DNA of 64,000 bases, taken from contig CAWDSQ010000007.1 in assembly GCA_963804955.1 (NCBI GenBank), forward strand, positions 32,001 through 96,000. The letters run 5' to 3'. Under the pieces are notes generated by a model. That model was not told where the DNA came from, made no database searches, and saw only the letters and a list, made by a program, of their open reading frames with translations. A program made the position numbers and the translations under genes. The stretch comes from an uncultured delta proteobacterium. Lineage in GTDB: Bacteria > Desulfobacterota > WTBG01 > CAIYCZ01 > CAIRTM01. Below are positions 29,578-41,068 of the stretch, piece by piece (positions within the stretch are counted from its first letter, which is position 1; the number at the start of each line of letters is the position of its first letter).

Positions 29578-30156
29578 TCAGTGCGTTACCCCTTCTCTTT
29601 TGACAACTTTAAGAAAGGTCTGTAGGATAATCTTCATATCCAGCAGCATCGAGTGGTGCCTCAGATAATACTCATCGAACGCGACCTTCACCGGGATAGG
29701 CAATTCGTCCCGGCCATTGATCTGTGCCCAGCCGGTTAAGCCAGGAGTGAGCCGGTGTACCCCCTTCTCGGTACGCAGCGCTACCAGGTCGTCCTGATTA
29801 AAAAGGGCCGGTCGGGGGCCGACAATGCTCATTTCTCCACAGAGAATGCTCCAGAGTTGCGGCAGTTCGTCAAGGCTCGACTTGCGCAAAAATTTGCCGA
29901 CCGGCGTCAGCCAGAGGTCGGGATCGTCCAGAAGATGGGTTGCCACTGCCGGCGTGTCAATCCTCATGGTGCGGAACTTCGGCATCCTGAAGATGCGGTT
30001 CTCACGCCCCACACGCTTAGACCAGTACAGGACCGGCCCCGGCGAGGTGAGCCGGATCAGCAGGGCAATAATCAGCATGGGAAAGGCTAAGGCAATACAG
30101 GCCAGCAGTGAACAGACAAAATCAAAAAGGCGTTTCATCGGTTTAGTCAAGCTCAT
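29578..30156 (-). CDS. Bacterial sugar transferase (small phosphoglycosyl transferase)
   Basis: KRLFD, KFRTM, LDELPQL, GEMSIVGPRP, PGLTGWAQINGR. Confidence 0.93.
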   Translation of the reverse strand: MSLTKPMKRLFDFVCSLLACIALAFPMLIIALLIRLTSPGPVLYWSKRVGRENRIFRMPKFRTMRIDTPAVATHLLDDPDLWLTPVGKFLRKSSLDELPQLWSILCGEMSIVGPRPALFNQDDLVALRTEKGVHRLTPGLTGWAQINGRDELPIPVKVAFDEYYLRHHSMLLDMKIILQTFLKVVKREGVTH

Positions 30157-31106
30157 CTATGGTTCAAAAACCAGTCAGCAGTCTCAGCAAGCCCCTGCGC
30201 CATGCTAAGCGGAGGCTCCCAGTTCAACTCCCTCCGGATCTTCCCACTGTCCACCATTAGGGATCCAGAAATACGTTCAACAGAGGCACCCTTACCGGTC
30301 ATTACGCCAGCCAAACGCATGAGCATCAGCGGCAGAGGGAAAAGACGCGCAGGCCGGCCAAGGGCAGCAGCGATTTGTCTCACCAGTTCCGGTGTGGATA
30401 TAGCATCTCCGTCGCTGACCAGATAGGTGTTGCCCGCTGCCCGCTGATGTATCGAGCAGACAACTATCGCATCCGCCAGATTCCCCAGCCCGATCAGACT
30501 CCGGCGATTTCGAATGCATCCCAGAGGCAGGGGAATACCCCGAACTACCATTTCCAGCAGTCGCCTGAAATTAGCCTTAACGCCGGGGCCGTAGACCAGG
30601 GGAGGCCGAATAATGACCACCTCAAGTCCTGTTTCCCTCTCCACCCGCCGCAGCGCGTCCTCCGCTTCCCGCTTGCTGATGCTATACGGATCCTCCGGCG
30701 ACGGTGGGTCATCTTCCGTATACAGTGCCGGACGGCCTTCACCGTTCACCTTTGCAGAGCTCAAAAATACCAGTCTTCGGACACCCGCGCTCGCGGCCTG
30801 CCGTGCCAGCCGCTCAGTGCCTGACACATTGGCCATCCTGTACTCGGCCAGGGGGTCGACGGCATGCTCATTCATAACATGGACCCTGGCTGCCAAATGC
30901 ACCACTATATCTATGCCGCGCAAGGCATCTGCATATTCCGCAGTATTTGACAGTGGCTGCACCAAGGCTTTTTCAACCGCGGAAGGCAGATGGCTGGTCT
31001 GCTCGCCTGCCAGCACCGCCGCGCGCACATTGAAATTTTCATGGCCCATTCGTTTGAGAAGAGCCGTTCCGACAAAGCCGGTCGCACCGGTAACAAGCAC
31101 GTTCAT
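30153..31106 (-). CDS. NAD-dependent epimerase/dehydratase (UDP-sugar 4-epimerase/reductase)
   Basis: GATGFVG, HLAARVH, YSISK, RPPLVYGPG. Confidence 0.9.
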   Translation of the reverse strand: MNVLVTGATGFVGTALLKRMGHENFNVRAAVLAGEQTSHLPSAVEKALVQPLSNTAEYADALRGIDIVVHLAARVHVMNEHAVDPLAEYRMANVSGTERLARQAASAGVRRLVFLSSAKVNGEGRPALYTEDDPPSPEDPYSISKREAEDALRRVERETGLEVVIIRPPLVYGPGVKANFRRLLEMVVRGIPLPLGCIRNRRSLIGLGNLADAIVVCSIHQRAAGNTYLVSDGDAISTPELVRQIAAALGRPARLFPLPLMLMRLAGVMTGKGASVERISGSLMVDSGKIRRELNWEPPLSMAQGLAETADWFLNHR

Positions 31107-31852
31107 ACAGGCCTCTGGAATAGTTGCGCCACTTTACGAAAATACTTTGAGTAGACTTTCAGCATGTTCGTTGAAATACCATTTTCGGCACAAGCCCGCA
31201 AAATCTCCCGGTTCAGTATCCAGTTGCTCCGCAGTCCACGCGTGCTGACCCCACCGGTACGCATCCGAACAATTACCTCAGGCAGATAGGCATACCGAAC
31301 GCGGTGACGGGCCAGGAAGCGGGCCGTCAGTTCGTAATCCGCAGCAATCCGGTAATCGGTTCGAAACAGACCAAAACGCTCATAGATCTCACGACGGACA
31401 AAAAAGGTCGGATGGGGCGGCATCCACCCCCATGCAAACTTTTCCGGTGTGAAGCCTGCACCCACATAGTAGCGCACCACCCTATCCAGATTGTCCGGCC
31501 GCACATACACCAGATCCGCAAACAGGGCATCGGCGCCGCTTTCCCGGAACACGCGCAGAACCTTCTCAAGCACCTGCGGCCCGGCGTATAAATCATCGGA
31601 GTTGAGGATGCCAACGATATCGCCGGTTGCGAGTCTGATACCCTTGTTCATAGCCTCATAGATGCCGTGATCAGGTTCGGAAAGAATACGGGCAGAGGGG
31701 GAGATGCGGCGCACGATCTCAAGGGTGTTGTCCGTGGATGCACCATCAATAATAATGTGCTCGGCCGAAGATGTCTGTTCATCAACACTGCGCAGGCAGT
31801 CTGCGATCGTCGCTGCGGAATTGAAGGTGGCTGTGATGATGGAGATATCCAC
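31103..31852 (-). CDS. Glycosyltransferase family 2 (WcaE-like)
   Basis: ISIITATFN, IDGASTD, AMNKG, LNSDD, PPHP, ADYE; GTG start. Confidence 0.9.
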   Translation of the reverse strand: MDISIITATFNSAATIADCLRSVDEQTSSAEHIIIDGASTDNTLEIVRRISPSARILSEPDHGIYEAMNKGIRLATGDIVGILNSDDLYAGPQVLEKVLRVFRESGADALFADLVYVRPDNLDRVVRYYVGAGFTPEKFAWGWMPPHPTFFVRREIYERFGLFRTDYRIAADYELTARFLARHRVRYAYLPEVIVRMRTGGVSTRGLRSNWILNREILRACAENGISTNMLKVYSKYFRKVAQLFQRPV

Positions 31853-31853
31853 C

Positions 31854-33611
31854 CTAGTTTTCCCTGCGCTCCATAAACCAGTTGCCCATAACCAGTACAT
31901 CCATCCGGGTGCGCAGAAAACAGTCCAGGGCTTCCTCCGGCTTACAGACCACCGGCTCATTTTCGTTAAAGGAGGTATTGAGGACCGTCGGCACCCCGGT
32001 GATGGCCTCAAAGGACTTGATCAGACGATAATAACGGGGATTCTGTGCCTCGGTTACACTCTGCAGGCGTCCTGAACCGTTGACATGGGTAACCGCCGGG
32101 ATCAGCGGCCGCTTATCTTCACGAATCTGATACACTTGCAGCATAAAGGGAACATCGTAATCGGTTTCAAACCATTCCTTAACTGCTTCACGGATTATCG
32201 AAGGGGCAAAAGGCCGAAACGATTCACGACGCTTGATCTTCAAATTCAGGATATCCTTCATGTCGGCTCGACGGGGATCGCAGACGATGGAGCGGTTGCC
32301 CAGCGCTCGCGGCCCCCACTCCAGGCGCCCCTGGAACCAGCCGATCACCTTGCCTTCAGCAACCCGTAGCGCCGTCCGGCGGCAGAGCTCTGCTTCGTCC
32401 AAAATCTCCTCAATCAGGCAATTCTCCGCCTGTATCTTTTGAGCATTCGCTGTCAACAGTTCACCAATCTCCGCGTTGCTGAACTCCGGCCCCAGATAGG
32501 CATGATCCATCACAAACGAACGCGGATTACCCAGTTCCTGATTCCAGACATAAAACGCAGCGCCGATTGCGCCGCCGCCGTCTCCGGCTGCCGACTGGAT
32601 ATACATCTCCCGGAAGGGGCTCCTCTCAAAGACCTTGCCATTGGCAACTGAATTCATGGCGCAGCCGCCGGACAGGCAGAGGTTCGGGGACTTTGTTTCC
32701 ATATGGACATGCTTCAGCAAATGGAAAAAGGCCTCTTCGTACATAGCCTGAAGAGAAGCGGCCAGATCCTTGTGATACTGGCTCAAAGGCTCATCCTTGC
32801 CCCGTGGCGGCCCCAGCAGCTCAGCCAGCTTCGCCGAGTAGACTGTACCGATCTTCGGCTCGCCGTCATCCCACACCATGGAGACCCCTTCGGAATGATG
32901 AATAAAATAATCCAGATCCAGCTCAAAGAGCCCCTTGGGCTTCAGGTGCACGATCCGTCGCATTTTCTCCATCTGAGATGCTGCACCATAGGGAGCCAGG
33001 CCCATGACTTTATATTCGTCGCCGTAATGGGGGAACCCCAGATACTGGGTCATGGCCAGGTAGAACAGGCCCAGGGAGTGAGGGAATGACACCTCATCGT
33101 GAACGGTGATGGATGCCCCGCTCCCCATGCCCCACATGGTGCTGAGGAAATCGCCGAAACCGTCTACTGAGACAACGGCGGCCGAATCAAAAGGCGAAAC
33201 AAGAAACGAACTGGCCAGGTGCGCCAGATGGTGCTCCACATCGTGGATGCGCGCACGGCAGCTCTCAGCTTTCACCCCGAGCCCCTCACACAGCAGCGCT
33301 CGAATATCTTTAACTTTTCCGGCATTTCTGAGCCGGTCTTTGATTGCTTCAAGGCTGGGGCGCTTGGTAAAGGCAAAAAGCGCCTTCTGCAGGAGGTGGG
33401 CGCTTGGTTTGCGGTTGATGGCGATATGGTCAACCTGATCGATAGTTATCCCGCCGGCTGCCAGGCAATAGCGCACCGCCTGAGTCGGAAGTCCGGCCCA
33501 GTGCTTGATGCGCCTGAAACGTTCCTCTTCGGCAGCTGCCACCAGTTGGCCGTTGATGAGCAGGCAGGCTGATGAGTCTCCGTGGTATGCATTCAGGCCG
33601 AGTATGATCAT
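31854..33611 (-). CDS. O-carbamoyltransferase (NodU/CmcH family)
   Basis: HGDSSA, EEERF, EHHLAH, EYKVMGLA, GPRALGNRS, LNTSFN. Confidence 0.95.
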   Translation of the reverse strand: MIILGLNAYHGDSSACLLINGQLVAAAEEERFRRIKHWAGLPTQAVRYCLAAGGITIDQVDHIAINRKPSAHLLQKALFAFTKRPSLEAIKDRLRNAGKVKDIRALLCEGLGVKAESCRARIHDVEHHLAHLASSFLVSPFDSAAVVSVDGFGDFLSTMWGMGSGASITVHDEVSFPHSLGLFYLAMTQYLGFPHYGDEYKVMGLAPYGAASQMEKMRRIVHLKPKGLFELDLDYFIHHSEGVSMVWDDGEPKIGTVYSAKLAELLGPPRGKDEPLSQYHKDLAASLQAMYEEAFFHLLKHVHMETKSPNLCLSGGCAMNSVANGKVFERSPFREMYIQSAAGDGGGAIGAAFYVWNQELGNPRSFVMDHAYLGPEFSNAEIGELLTANAQKIQAENCLIEEILDEAELCRRTALRVAEGKVIGWFQGRLEWGPRALGNRSIVCDPRRADMKDILNLKIKRRESFRPFAPSIIREAVKEWFETDYDVPFMLQVYQIREDKRPLIPAVTHVNGSGRLQSVTEAQNPRYYRLIKSFEAITGVPTVLNTSFNENEPVVCKPEEALDCFLRTRMDVLVMGNWFMERREN

Positions 33612-33887
33612 GAATATCTCCTAAAATTGAAAATAAATACATTGATTGACTGGTTTCAAAAATATAAAATCAAAATAAATCATCATGCTCAATGCAGCTA
33701 TCTCCGATACACGGAAAACGATTGGACTGCTGAATAGTGCAAGACGCGCTTGTTTGAGGTTATACGATGCCACCATACCGGCTATATAAAAAAACGATAA
33801 GATAAAAATTTTCCCGAATGGAAGTTGCAGATATGACTCAGGGTGAATAACTTTGCCTGACAAAAGGCACCGCCGCTTTTCCCCCGG

Positions 33888-35108
33888 TTACTCCTTTAAA
33901 TACGGCTGAATTATCTGCTTTCCTGTAATTACACCCCGAAACAACGCAATATTATCTTTTAACACCTGATCATCCTCTGCAGCGTTCCTTGCATACTTCC
34001 GTGCACGAAGCCGTTGCTCCACCCGTGCCGCCTTATTCAAAGCCGTCTGTGCCTCTATAACTGCGCAAAACCCTTCCTCCGCCTCCAAGGGCAGATCCCA
34101 CCCCACACCCTGAGCCTCCAGATTCCGCCATGGCGTCTTGTCGCTGATCAAAACTGGTAAGCCCGCGGCCAGGGCTTCGAAGATGACATGTCCATAGTTT
34201 TCTCCTCTTGTCGGTAAAAAGAACAAATCGTACCCGGACAGCGTATCCAGAACTTTATCGTGCGCAATTCTCCCATGATACTGGACGACCACATGCTTCG
34301 GCAAATCATGTATAAGTTGTTGGCAGTGCTGCCAGTAGGCGGCATCTTCCGCCACGCCATAAATGTCAAACCTAAGCGGCGTCTTGACTTTAGCAAGCAC
34401 CCGCAAGGCATAATCCAGATTCTTCATTTCACAAATACGGGACAGGAAGCACACCCGCAAAGGATCATGCTGACAGCGGTCGTTTTGATCTTCGAAGTCC
34501 GACATTGACGCTGCTGCGCCCGGCATGTCAGGCGCAAGAACGATAGCAAGAACGATTCTCTTGGCTATTTCTCCCATGGCCCGACGGACATCTTCGGCCT
34601 CATACACGCTGGATGCCTGCCAGGTAATGTCTTTATAAAGACTAACCGTATTTACAATACCCAGATAGGGTTTCTTTTTCCAGGCCTTTAGCGCCAGCGC
34701 CCCTCGGGCAAGTGACCCGCGAGGCGCAAGAATCGTCGGCCGCTTTGGTACAAGCCTCAGCAAGCGTGCCAAAAGTGGTAACTGAGTAAAAACCGGATCA
34801 AAGAAGCTATTCAAATACAGAACATCGTGCGGGATCTCCCTGAGAAGGCGAACCCAAAAAAGCAGCGACTGATTATGTGGCGAGCAGTAAAACACTTTCG
34901 CCTTGCCGACCTGATTCCAGCCATCAACGACCACATTCGAATAGGACTCCTTATCTTTAAAGTCTCTATCGGCTGTGACGATGCGGAAATCGAATTCATC
35001 GCTGAGCAACGACACCATGTTGGCAACCGTCTGAACCGGTCCACCTGCTTTGAACCCGGGCAGGTACCAGGGAATGGAAGTCAGTATTATTGGTTTAGTC
35101 ATTGTCAC
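33888..35108 (-). CDS. Glycosyltransferase family 4
   Basis: PGFKAGGP, ENYGHVIFEALAAGLPV. Confidence 0.9.
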   Translation of the reverse strand: MTMTKPIILTSIPWYLPGFKAGGPVQTVANMVSLLSDEFDFRIVTADRDFKDKESYSNVVVDGWNQVGKAKVFYCSPHNQSLLFWVRLLREIPHDVLYLNSFFDPVFTQLPLLARLLRLVPKRPTILAPRGSLARGALALKAWKKKPYLGIVNTVSLYKDITWQASSVYEAEDVRRAMGEIAKRIVLAIVLAPDMPGAAASMSDFEDQNDRCQHDPLRVCFLSRICEMKNLDYALRVLAKVKTPLRFDIYGVAEDAAYWQHCQQLIHDLPKHVVVQYHGRIAHDKVLDTLSGYDLFFLPTRGENYGHVIFEALAAGLPVLISDKTPWRNLEAQGVGWDLPLEAEEGFCAVIEAQTALNKAARVEQRLRARKYARNAAEDDQVLKDNIALFRGVITGKQIIQPYLKE

Positions 35109-35464
35109 CGCTCAACTTTCAGACCTACTGCGCCAGTACTGCTCTCTGGGCATCAACATGTTCCTTCACTATACTTTCGGGCCGAAAACGCCCGGCTTTT
35201 CAGAATCCGTGCGGCACCACTTACTGCCTGGATGCCGGCTATTCATAATATTCTTTCTCCGCAAACTCCCAGAGTACATGATAGGCGAACTGATGTACAT
35301 GCTGACCGCCTTCCCCTGACAACCCCGTGCAGGAGGGCGCTAAGTATGCGACCATATTTTCATACAGTCAAAAAGAACCATTTGCAAGATAGAACCCAAC
35401 GTACCAGAGCACAATTTGCAGTTAAGAGTGCCGTTGATTATCAGAAAACCATGCGGGTACTATT

Positions 35465-36991
35465 CTAAATCCTTCCTCGAAATATTACTCTATTGATAAA
35501 AAACAATATTATAAGCGGAATGGTGAGCAGCCTGATATTTGAAAGGAAATGCCCCAACGGTGCTTCCATAAGCAGAGTAAGCCCGATCACATACGGTGTC
35601 CAGGGATGGTCGGATAATCGTGCGGGGGAAAGAAGCCAGGCGCTGAGCAGTGCCCAAAAGACGCCCATTAGAGCAAAGGATAAAACCCCCCCGAACCAGC
35701 CATAATTCCCCACGAATTCAAAAGGAATAGTTACCGCAAGGTTGGTCACCAAATCAAATCTGTTGGCATAACCGACGTCCGCACCAACCGTCCGGGCAAA
35801 AAAATTTCCGATATTCATATCTCGTTTTTCCGGCAGGATTGCTCGCGGAACGAGAACCTCAAAGCCCCATGTGATAGTGTCGCCGCCCCACTCACCTTCA
35901 GAAAAGCTGTTACGCCTCGTCAGTTCAGCGGCAAGAGGAAAGATCCCCCTGAAAAGCACTGCAACATTTGTCTCTCTGCCCATGGCCAGGCGAAACTTAT
36001 CGGGATTGGTGAGCAATTCATAAAAAACCTCAACTCGCCCGCCGGAGGAATCTACCTTAGCCATGGCTGCAAGGTATCTTCCGTAGGTGACATACGGCGC
36101 TATGACCAATACAAAAAAAACTGTCACTATCGTGATGAGCATCCACGGGGGGCGCTGAAACCGGGATATATAAGCAAAAACATACAGGGCAAACAAAAGG
36201 GCTAGCGGCCCTTTCCAGCCCCCGTACAGAGCCGTGATAATAGTCTGCCATATGGTTACGGCAATCAGAATTTTGACAGTAAAGGGAATTTTTTTCCATG
36301 GCTCAGTCAGGTAAGTCATAAGTGACGAGTTTATCATCGGAGTGAGTGCTCCCACCGCAGAAATAACTCCGACCCACCAGATCGTCGTCTTTGTTCCGCC
36401 TAACATGGACGTCTCCTCTCTTCCCACAATACCCAAAACTTCCAGAAGCGTGATCAGCACACCAGAGACCACCATTAAGCCGGTATAAACAATAAAAACA
36501 TTGGTGGGGAAATTATCACCTGAGGGTTGAAGGAACCGAGCATAAAAGCTCTTTCCGGAAAGCCAGCGAAGTGTCGCCCGAGCGACAATAGCGTAGAGAA
36601 TAACCCCCGGGGCCACAATCCACAGTGCTTCCATTGCCGACACTTGCACTTGTCGCGCTAAAGCGGCATCAACCTGAAAATAGTTAAAGGCCGAAACGAG
36701 CGAAGGGCCAAAACCAATCCACCAGTAGAATAAACAAACAATAGCCTGAATCGGGTTGAGCAAAGGCCGATCCGCAAGCAATGATAATGCTATGTAGACG
36801 CATACTCCCAGGGTAATCTGCCCCATTACGTAGGTATCCGGAGCCCCCGTTAAAAGCCCCATGACGGCTGCAAGAGCTACTGACCCGCCGAGCGACAATC
36901 GAAACCAGCCTGAAAGAAACCAATCGCAGTACCGCGAAGACCTGCGATGATATATCCCCCTATCCGGTGCGCTTCTATCAGGCGTTCTCAT
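35465..36991 (-). CDS. Polytopic membrane protein, probable Wzy-type polymerase
   Basis: About 10 hydrophobic segments, VPRAILPEK loop, EFVGNYGW; located within the glycosyltransferase cluster. Confidence 0.65.
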   Translation of the reverse strand: MRTPDRSAPDRGIYHRRSSRYCDWFLSGWFRLSLGGSVALAAVMGLLTGAPDTYVMGQITLGVCVYIALSLLADRPLLNPIQAIVCLFYWWIGFGPSLVSAFNYFQVDAALARQVQVSAMEALWIVAPGVILYAIVARATLRWLSGKSFYARFLQPSGDNFPTNVFIVYTGLMVVSGVLITLLEVLGIVGREETSMLGGTKTTIWWVGVISAVGALTPMINSSLMTYLTEPWKKIPFTVKILIAVTIWQTIITALYGGWKGPLALLFALYVFAYISRFQRPPWMLITIVTVFFVLVIAPYVTYGRYLAAMAKVDSSGGRVEVFYELLTNPDKFRLAMGRETNVAVLFRGIFPLAAELTRRNSFSEGEWGGDTITWGFEVLVPRAILPEKRDMNIGNFFARTVGADVGYANRFDLVTNLAVTIPFEFVGNYGWFGGVLSFALMGVFWALLSAWLLSPARLSDHPWTPYVIGLTLLMEAPLGHFLSNIRLLTIPLIILFFINRVIFRGRI

Positions 36992-38076
36992 CTTCGCACC
37001 CCGCTTGTCTTGCTGCCGCCAATCTCCATTGATGCAAGAAGCAGCTGCCAGCCAAGCCGGATCCTGAATATCGCATGCACGCGCTTTTCCGGCGAGCTGA
37101 CGGCGGCCATGATTACTCTGCAAGCCAGATTCGCAACCCCGCACCAGAAGACGATAAAACGGTACAGGCAATAACGAACCAACCCTAAATTTTTCAGAAC
37201 ATAGTACCGGTTGTGGCGCAAAAACCTGATTTTAAAAGCAATCTCCTGTTCCCTGGAAAACTCGGTGCAGGAGCTTCCGAGAAGATGCATCACGACCGCT
37301 TCAGGAACAAACCATGTCTCCCATCCGGAACGGGACACGGCCAATCCCCAGTCAGCATCTTCATTATAGAAATGGTATGCCTCGTCGAGAACACCCACTT
37401 CCGGAAACACCTGTTTGCGAATCATCATAACAGCGCCGGTCAGCCAGCCGTCGGTGATACGGCACCTCGTGGAATAGGGAAATGAGTCTGTATGGTACTT
37501 ATCGCGAAAAGGCCGGGGTGCATGATTAAGAGCAAGCCCGAGGGTCAGCCGCAGTATCATGCTTGTCACCGTAAAATGAGCCTCGATTGAACGTTGTACA
37601 GTCTTATCGGCATTCAGCAATAAAGGCCCGCAAACAGCGGCGCGGGGATGGGCCTGCATAAAATCATGCATGATACCGATGGCATTATTTTCGAGAACAG
37701 TATCAGAGTTCAGCAAAAAAACATACTGTCCACGGGACTTCTCTATCGCCTGGTTGTTGGCCCTGGCAAAACCGAGATTCTCCCGATTTCGAATCAGAAG
37801 AATGTCGGGAAACTCATTCTCCAGCATCTCGCAACTCGTATCGATCGAGGCGTTGTCGACAACAATAATCTCATAGGAAAGGCCGGAGGTCTTCTCATGC
37901 ACGCTGTTCAAACAGTCACGCAGAAGGGCGCATGTGTTGTAGCTTATGACAATGATGGAAACGTTTATAGCGGCCCCGGCGTGCGCTGCTTCCCCGCCCA
38001 TGGTTCCCACATAGGACTTTGGCTGTGTGCCGTCTTTGCTCATCGTTGTCTTGCAAAACGTTCCGGGCTCATTCAC
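36988..38076 (-). CDS. Glycosyltransferase family 2 (start uncertain)
   Basis: VSIIVISYN, VVDNAS, NLGFARANN, LLNSD, NEDAD. Confidence 0.9.
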   Translation of the reverse strand: MNEPGTFCKTTMSKDGTQPKSYVGTMGGEAAHAGAAINVSIIVISYNTCALLRDCLNSVHEKTSGLSYEIIVVDNASIDTSCEMLENEFPDILLIRNRENLGFARANNQAIEKSRGQYVFLLNSDTVLENNAIGIMHDFMQAHPRAAVCGPLLLNADKTVQRSIEAHFTVTSMILRLTLGLALNHAPRPFRDKYHTDSFPYSTRCRITDGWLTGAVMMIRKQVFPEVGVLDEAYHFYNEDADWGLAVSRSGWETWFVPEAVVMHLLGSSCTEFSREQEIAFKIRFLRHNRYYVLKNLGLVRYCLYRFIVFWCGVANLACRVIMAAVSSPEKRVHAIFRIRLGWQLLLASMEIGGSKTSGVRR

Positions 38077-38353
38077 TGTTGGGCTCCTCGAGAACTCACG
38101 GGCTTACCTGTCATGGCAAACGACCGGAGCCCCGTATTATAGCGGCATGAACGGCACTGCCCGTTTACAAAGCGCACTGCTTTCCTGTCCACAACGAGAA
38201 ACACCGCATGCGATATAAAGAAACGCCACTGCTCCACGTATTGCGATGCAGCATGGAGCAGCGTTCTAATTCCATGTCGGGAAACGGTCATCTTCAGCCC
38301 TCAAAAAAACACGGAGGCGTATACCATGCGCATGTGCAGCAGCAAATTTCATA

Positions 38354-39091
38354 TCACATCTTGGGTAAACGCAGCTTGAGTTTGCTCCAGCGCCTCTCAA
38401 TCTCCTTTTCGCCAAGCGGAAAAGCCGCTATCCTGATTTCAGCAATGTCACCGCTGAAGGGCCGCCCACCCTCTGCTGCATTTCCAATCTGAAGAGGGAG
38501 GAAATTGTCTTTTATTGTATTCGCGGTGACAACTGTTCCGGCAAGGCTGCCGTCAACATACACACTCAGAGACTTTCCCTCGCCAAAAACTATTGCCACA
38601 TAATTCCACACCCCTGCGTTGAGTTTGAAATTTGCGCTTGATGACCACTCTGAGCCATCACCAAAACACATATAATAGATGTTTTGTTCTTTGTAAGCCT
38701 GTTGAACGGTGAAACCATCAATGGTTCCGACGCGGTGATTCGAAAGAATTGCCGCAAAGGGAACCTGCTGTGCAGAAGGTCTTACAATCACCTCTATGGC
38801 ATATGCTTCTTTCAGCAGTACAGGTTCAAGCATCACCCCGTTGCCGATATACCCTTTTTCAAATGCTATATGGAGCGTATCTCCGCGTTGTTTAGGCAAC
38901 AGACGACTGGCTGTTTCTTTAGGATGGAGCTTGGTTGATGTGCTTGCATTGTCATTCTGCACGGCTGTAATTTGAGCGATTGCAGCCTGCCGGACGGGAT
39001 TGGACGTAAAGATATCCGCCGCTTCGCAATAATCAAAAACCATCAATGAAGCCAGCATGAGAGCAGGCAGGCAGTGGTGTTTCTTGATCAT
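38354..39091 (-). CDS. Secreted LamG/concanavalin-A-like domain protein
   Basis: Signal peptide; WNYVAIVF...VYVDG...LQIG...FSGDIAEIRI. Confidence 0.75.
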   Translation of the reverse strand: MIKKHHCLPALMLASLMVFDYCEAADIFTSNPVRQAAIAQITAVQNDNASTSTKLHPKETASRLLPKQRGDTLHIAFEKGYIGNGVMLEPVLLKEAYAIEVIVRPSAQQVPFAAILSNHRVGTIDGFTVQQAYKEQNIYYMCFGDGSEWSSSANFKLNAGVWNYVAIVFGEGKSLSVYVDGSLAGTVVTANTIKDNFLPLQIGNAAEGGRPFSGDIAEIRIAAFPLGEKEIERRWSKLKLRLPKM

Positions 39092-39952
39092 TGATGAACT
39101 CCTTACGGGTAGTTGCTGCAAAAGACTTTTCTTATGAAACAAAGAGAGCACTACAACTCTTGAAACGCTTATTCCCATTTTCTGTACTGTCACATACAGC
39201 AAATCAAAGCAGCTCGCTATCCAGCAGGGCTGCTTTCACGAACAAAACTTTGCGCCACGCCTGCTTAACTGCCGTATTTGTGCGCAACAGCCCGTCATCC
39301 GAACATGCTGGATGCATCATGCAGGAAGCTTGGGGCAGGAAACACCACCTCTTTCTTGGATCAGGCTAGGCTGGACGACTCGTGCATGCAGCAATTAAAC
39401 TCTCACAAATTCGCCCCATTTTATACCATCATGGCGAGCCTTTGTCCAGAGCACAATGGCACGCTTTGAGACGTAAGATTCCCCTGCGGGCCTCCCGCTC
39501 TGGCACGAACAAACCCTGCTGATATCAGAGCTCGTGTAAATAATCTCAAAAAAAGAACCCCGTCATCAAACGCATATCCTGCGTTATGCGCTCATTTCGC
39601 CAACAGTCTTTTTATCTCCTCGCTGCACAGCCTGCATGCCGGCTTCGGGTGCAAAGAACCAGGCGGACGAGGCGCCAAAACCCTGTGTGACACTCCTGTG
39701 CGCAAAAAGAGCTTGAACGAAAAGAGCTCCGGGACAGGTAGCCAGCAACGAGGATTCGTTCCAACCAACAGGCCGGCCCTTGACAGGTTTTCCCATAGAT
39801 CAAATCCCTTAATAGGCGCAGTTTCATCAGAGCAGTCAAGCCCGATGGGCTGTACGGCCTTAAGCCGGCATGCAGCCACCGCCATGGCAATCAGGGATTC
39901 AGGTGCTTGCCAACCACCGGCCCGCACTTGCAATCACTGAAAAAAGACACGC

Positions 39953-40930
39953 TCAGCGACTCCGGGGCACTTCAGGCAATAACCGGTCTGACTCAACCAT
40001 CATACTGATCACATCCCGCATTTTATGCTTTGCCTGCCAGCCGAGCACCCTGAGCGCTTTCTCAGTGTTGCCTTGATTCTCCATGATATCAGAAGCGCGC
40101 AGCAGAGAGCGGTCGGCAACGACATGCGTTCTCCAGTCAAGACCAAGGCAGTGGAACGCCTCGGCCACAAAATCCTCCAAAGTATTTGTTTGACCTGTTG
40201 CCACAACATAATCATCCGGTATAGGCTGCTGCAGCATGAGCCACATAGCCTCAATATATTCCGGCGCCCAACCCCAATCACGAGCAATGGAGATGTTCCC
40301 CAGATGAAGTTTCTCAGCGCTGCCCGCCGCAATACGGCAGGCAGCCTTGACGATTTTACGGGTAACATAGCGCTCTGGGCGAAGCGGTGATTCGTGGTTA
40401 AACAGTATGCCCGTACAGGCAAAAAGATTATATGCTTCGCGATAATTAGCAACCTCCCAGAATGCTGTTGCCTTGGCTACGGCGTAGGGGCTGCGGGGCC
40501 GGAATGGAGTCTGCACGTCGGCAGGCACACCTCCTGTGTTACCAAAGCATTCGCTGGACCCTGCATTATACAATTTTATGGGCCGACCGATGAAACGTAT
40601 GGCCTCAAGCAGATTAAGGGCGCCAACAGTGATGCTCTCCAGGGTTTCAACCGGTTGTTCAAACGAAAGGCTAACGGAGCTTTGTCCGGCAAGATTATAT
40701 ATTTCATCGGGCTGTACCTTGGTCAATATCTGCAAAACGCTACGGAAGTCATTGAGAGCCATGGAGTGGGAGGTAATCCGCTCTCTGATACCAAGCAGGT
40801 GCAGGTTGCCGAAGCTTGACATCTGTGCATCACGAGAAGTGCCATGCACAGTATATCCCCTGCCCAGCAGCAGACGGGCTAAATAGGCTCCATCCTGGCC
40901 TGATACACCGCATATGAGAGCTTTTTTCAT
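39953..40930 (-). CDS. gmd: GDP-mannose 4,6-dehydratase
   Basis: GVSGQDGAYL, YNLAGQSSV, PRSPYAVAK, FNHESP, RDWG. Confidence 0.93.
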   Translation of the reverse strand: MKKALICGVSGQDGAYLARLLLGRGYTVHGTSRDAQMSSFGNLHLLGIRERITSHSMALNDFRSVLQILTKVQPDEIYNLAGQSSVSLSFEQPVETLESITVGALNLLEAIRFIGRPIKLYNAGSSECFGNTGGVPADVQTPFRPRSPYAVAKATAFWEVANYREAYNLFACTGILFNHESPLRPERYVTRKIVKAACRIAAGSAEKLHLGNISIARDWGWAPEYIEAMWLMLQQPIPDDYVVATGQTNTLEDFVAEAFHCLGLDWRTHVVADRSLLRASDIMENQGNTEKALRVLGWQAKHKMRDVISMMVESDRLLPEVPRSR

Positions 40931-41068
40931 GGCAGACAGATTCCCCCTTTTTTTATCTTCAACTGTTTACAATTCGCAAAAAAATCTCATATTTGAATGT
41001 TATGTCAACACGTCTAAAAAGCAACTAATTATACATGTGCTTGTTCCCTTGACGACTTGATAATAAAA

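Noticed and set aside
33621..33863. 80-aa hydrophobic ORF
   Set aside because: Weak start and no recognisable family; may be a gene remnant.
39100..39950. Short ORFs between gmd and the LamG gene
   Set aside because: No motifs, RBS or consistent frame; cannot be supported as genes.
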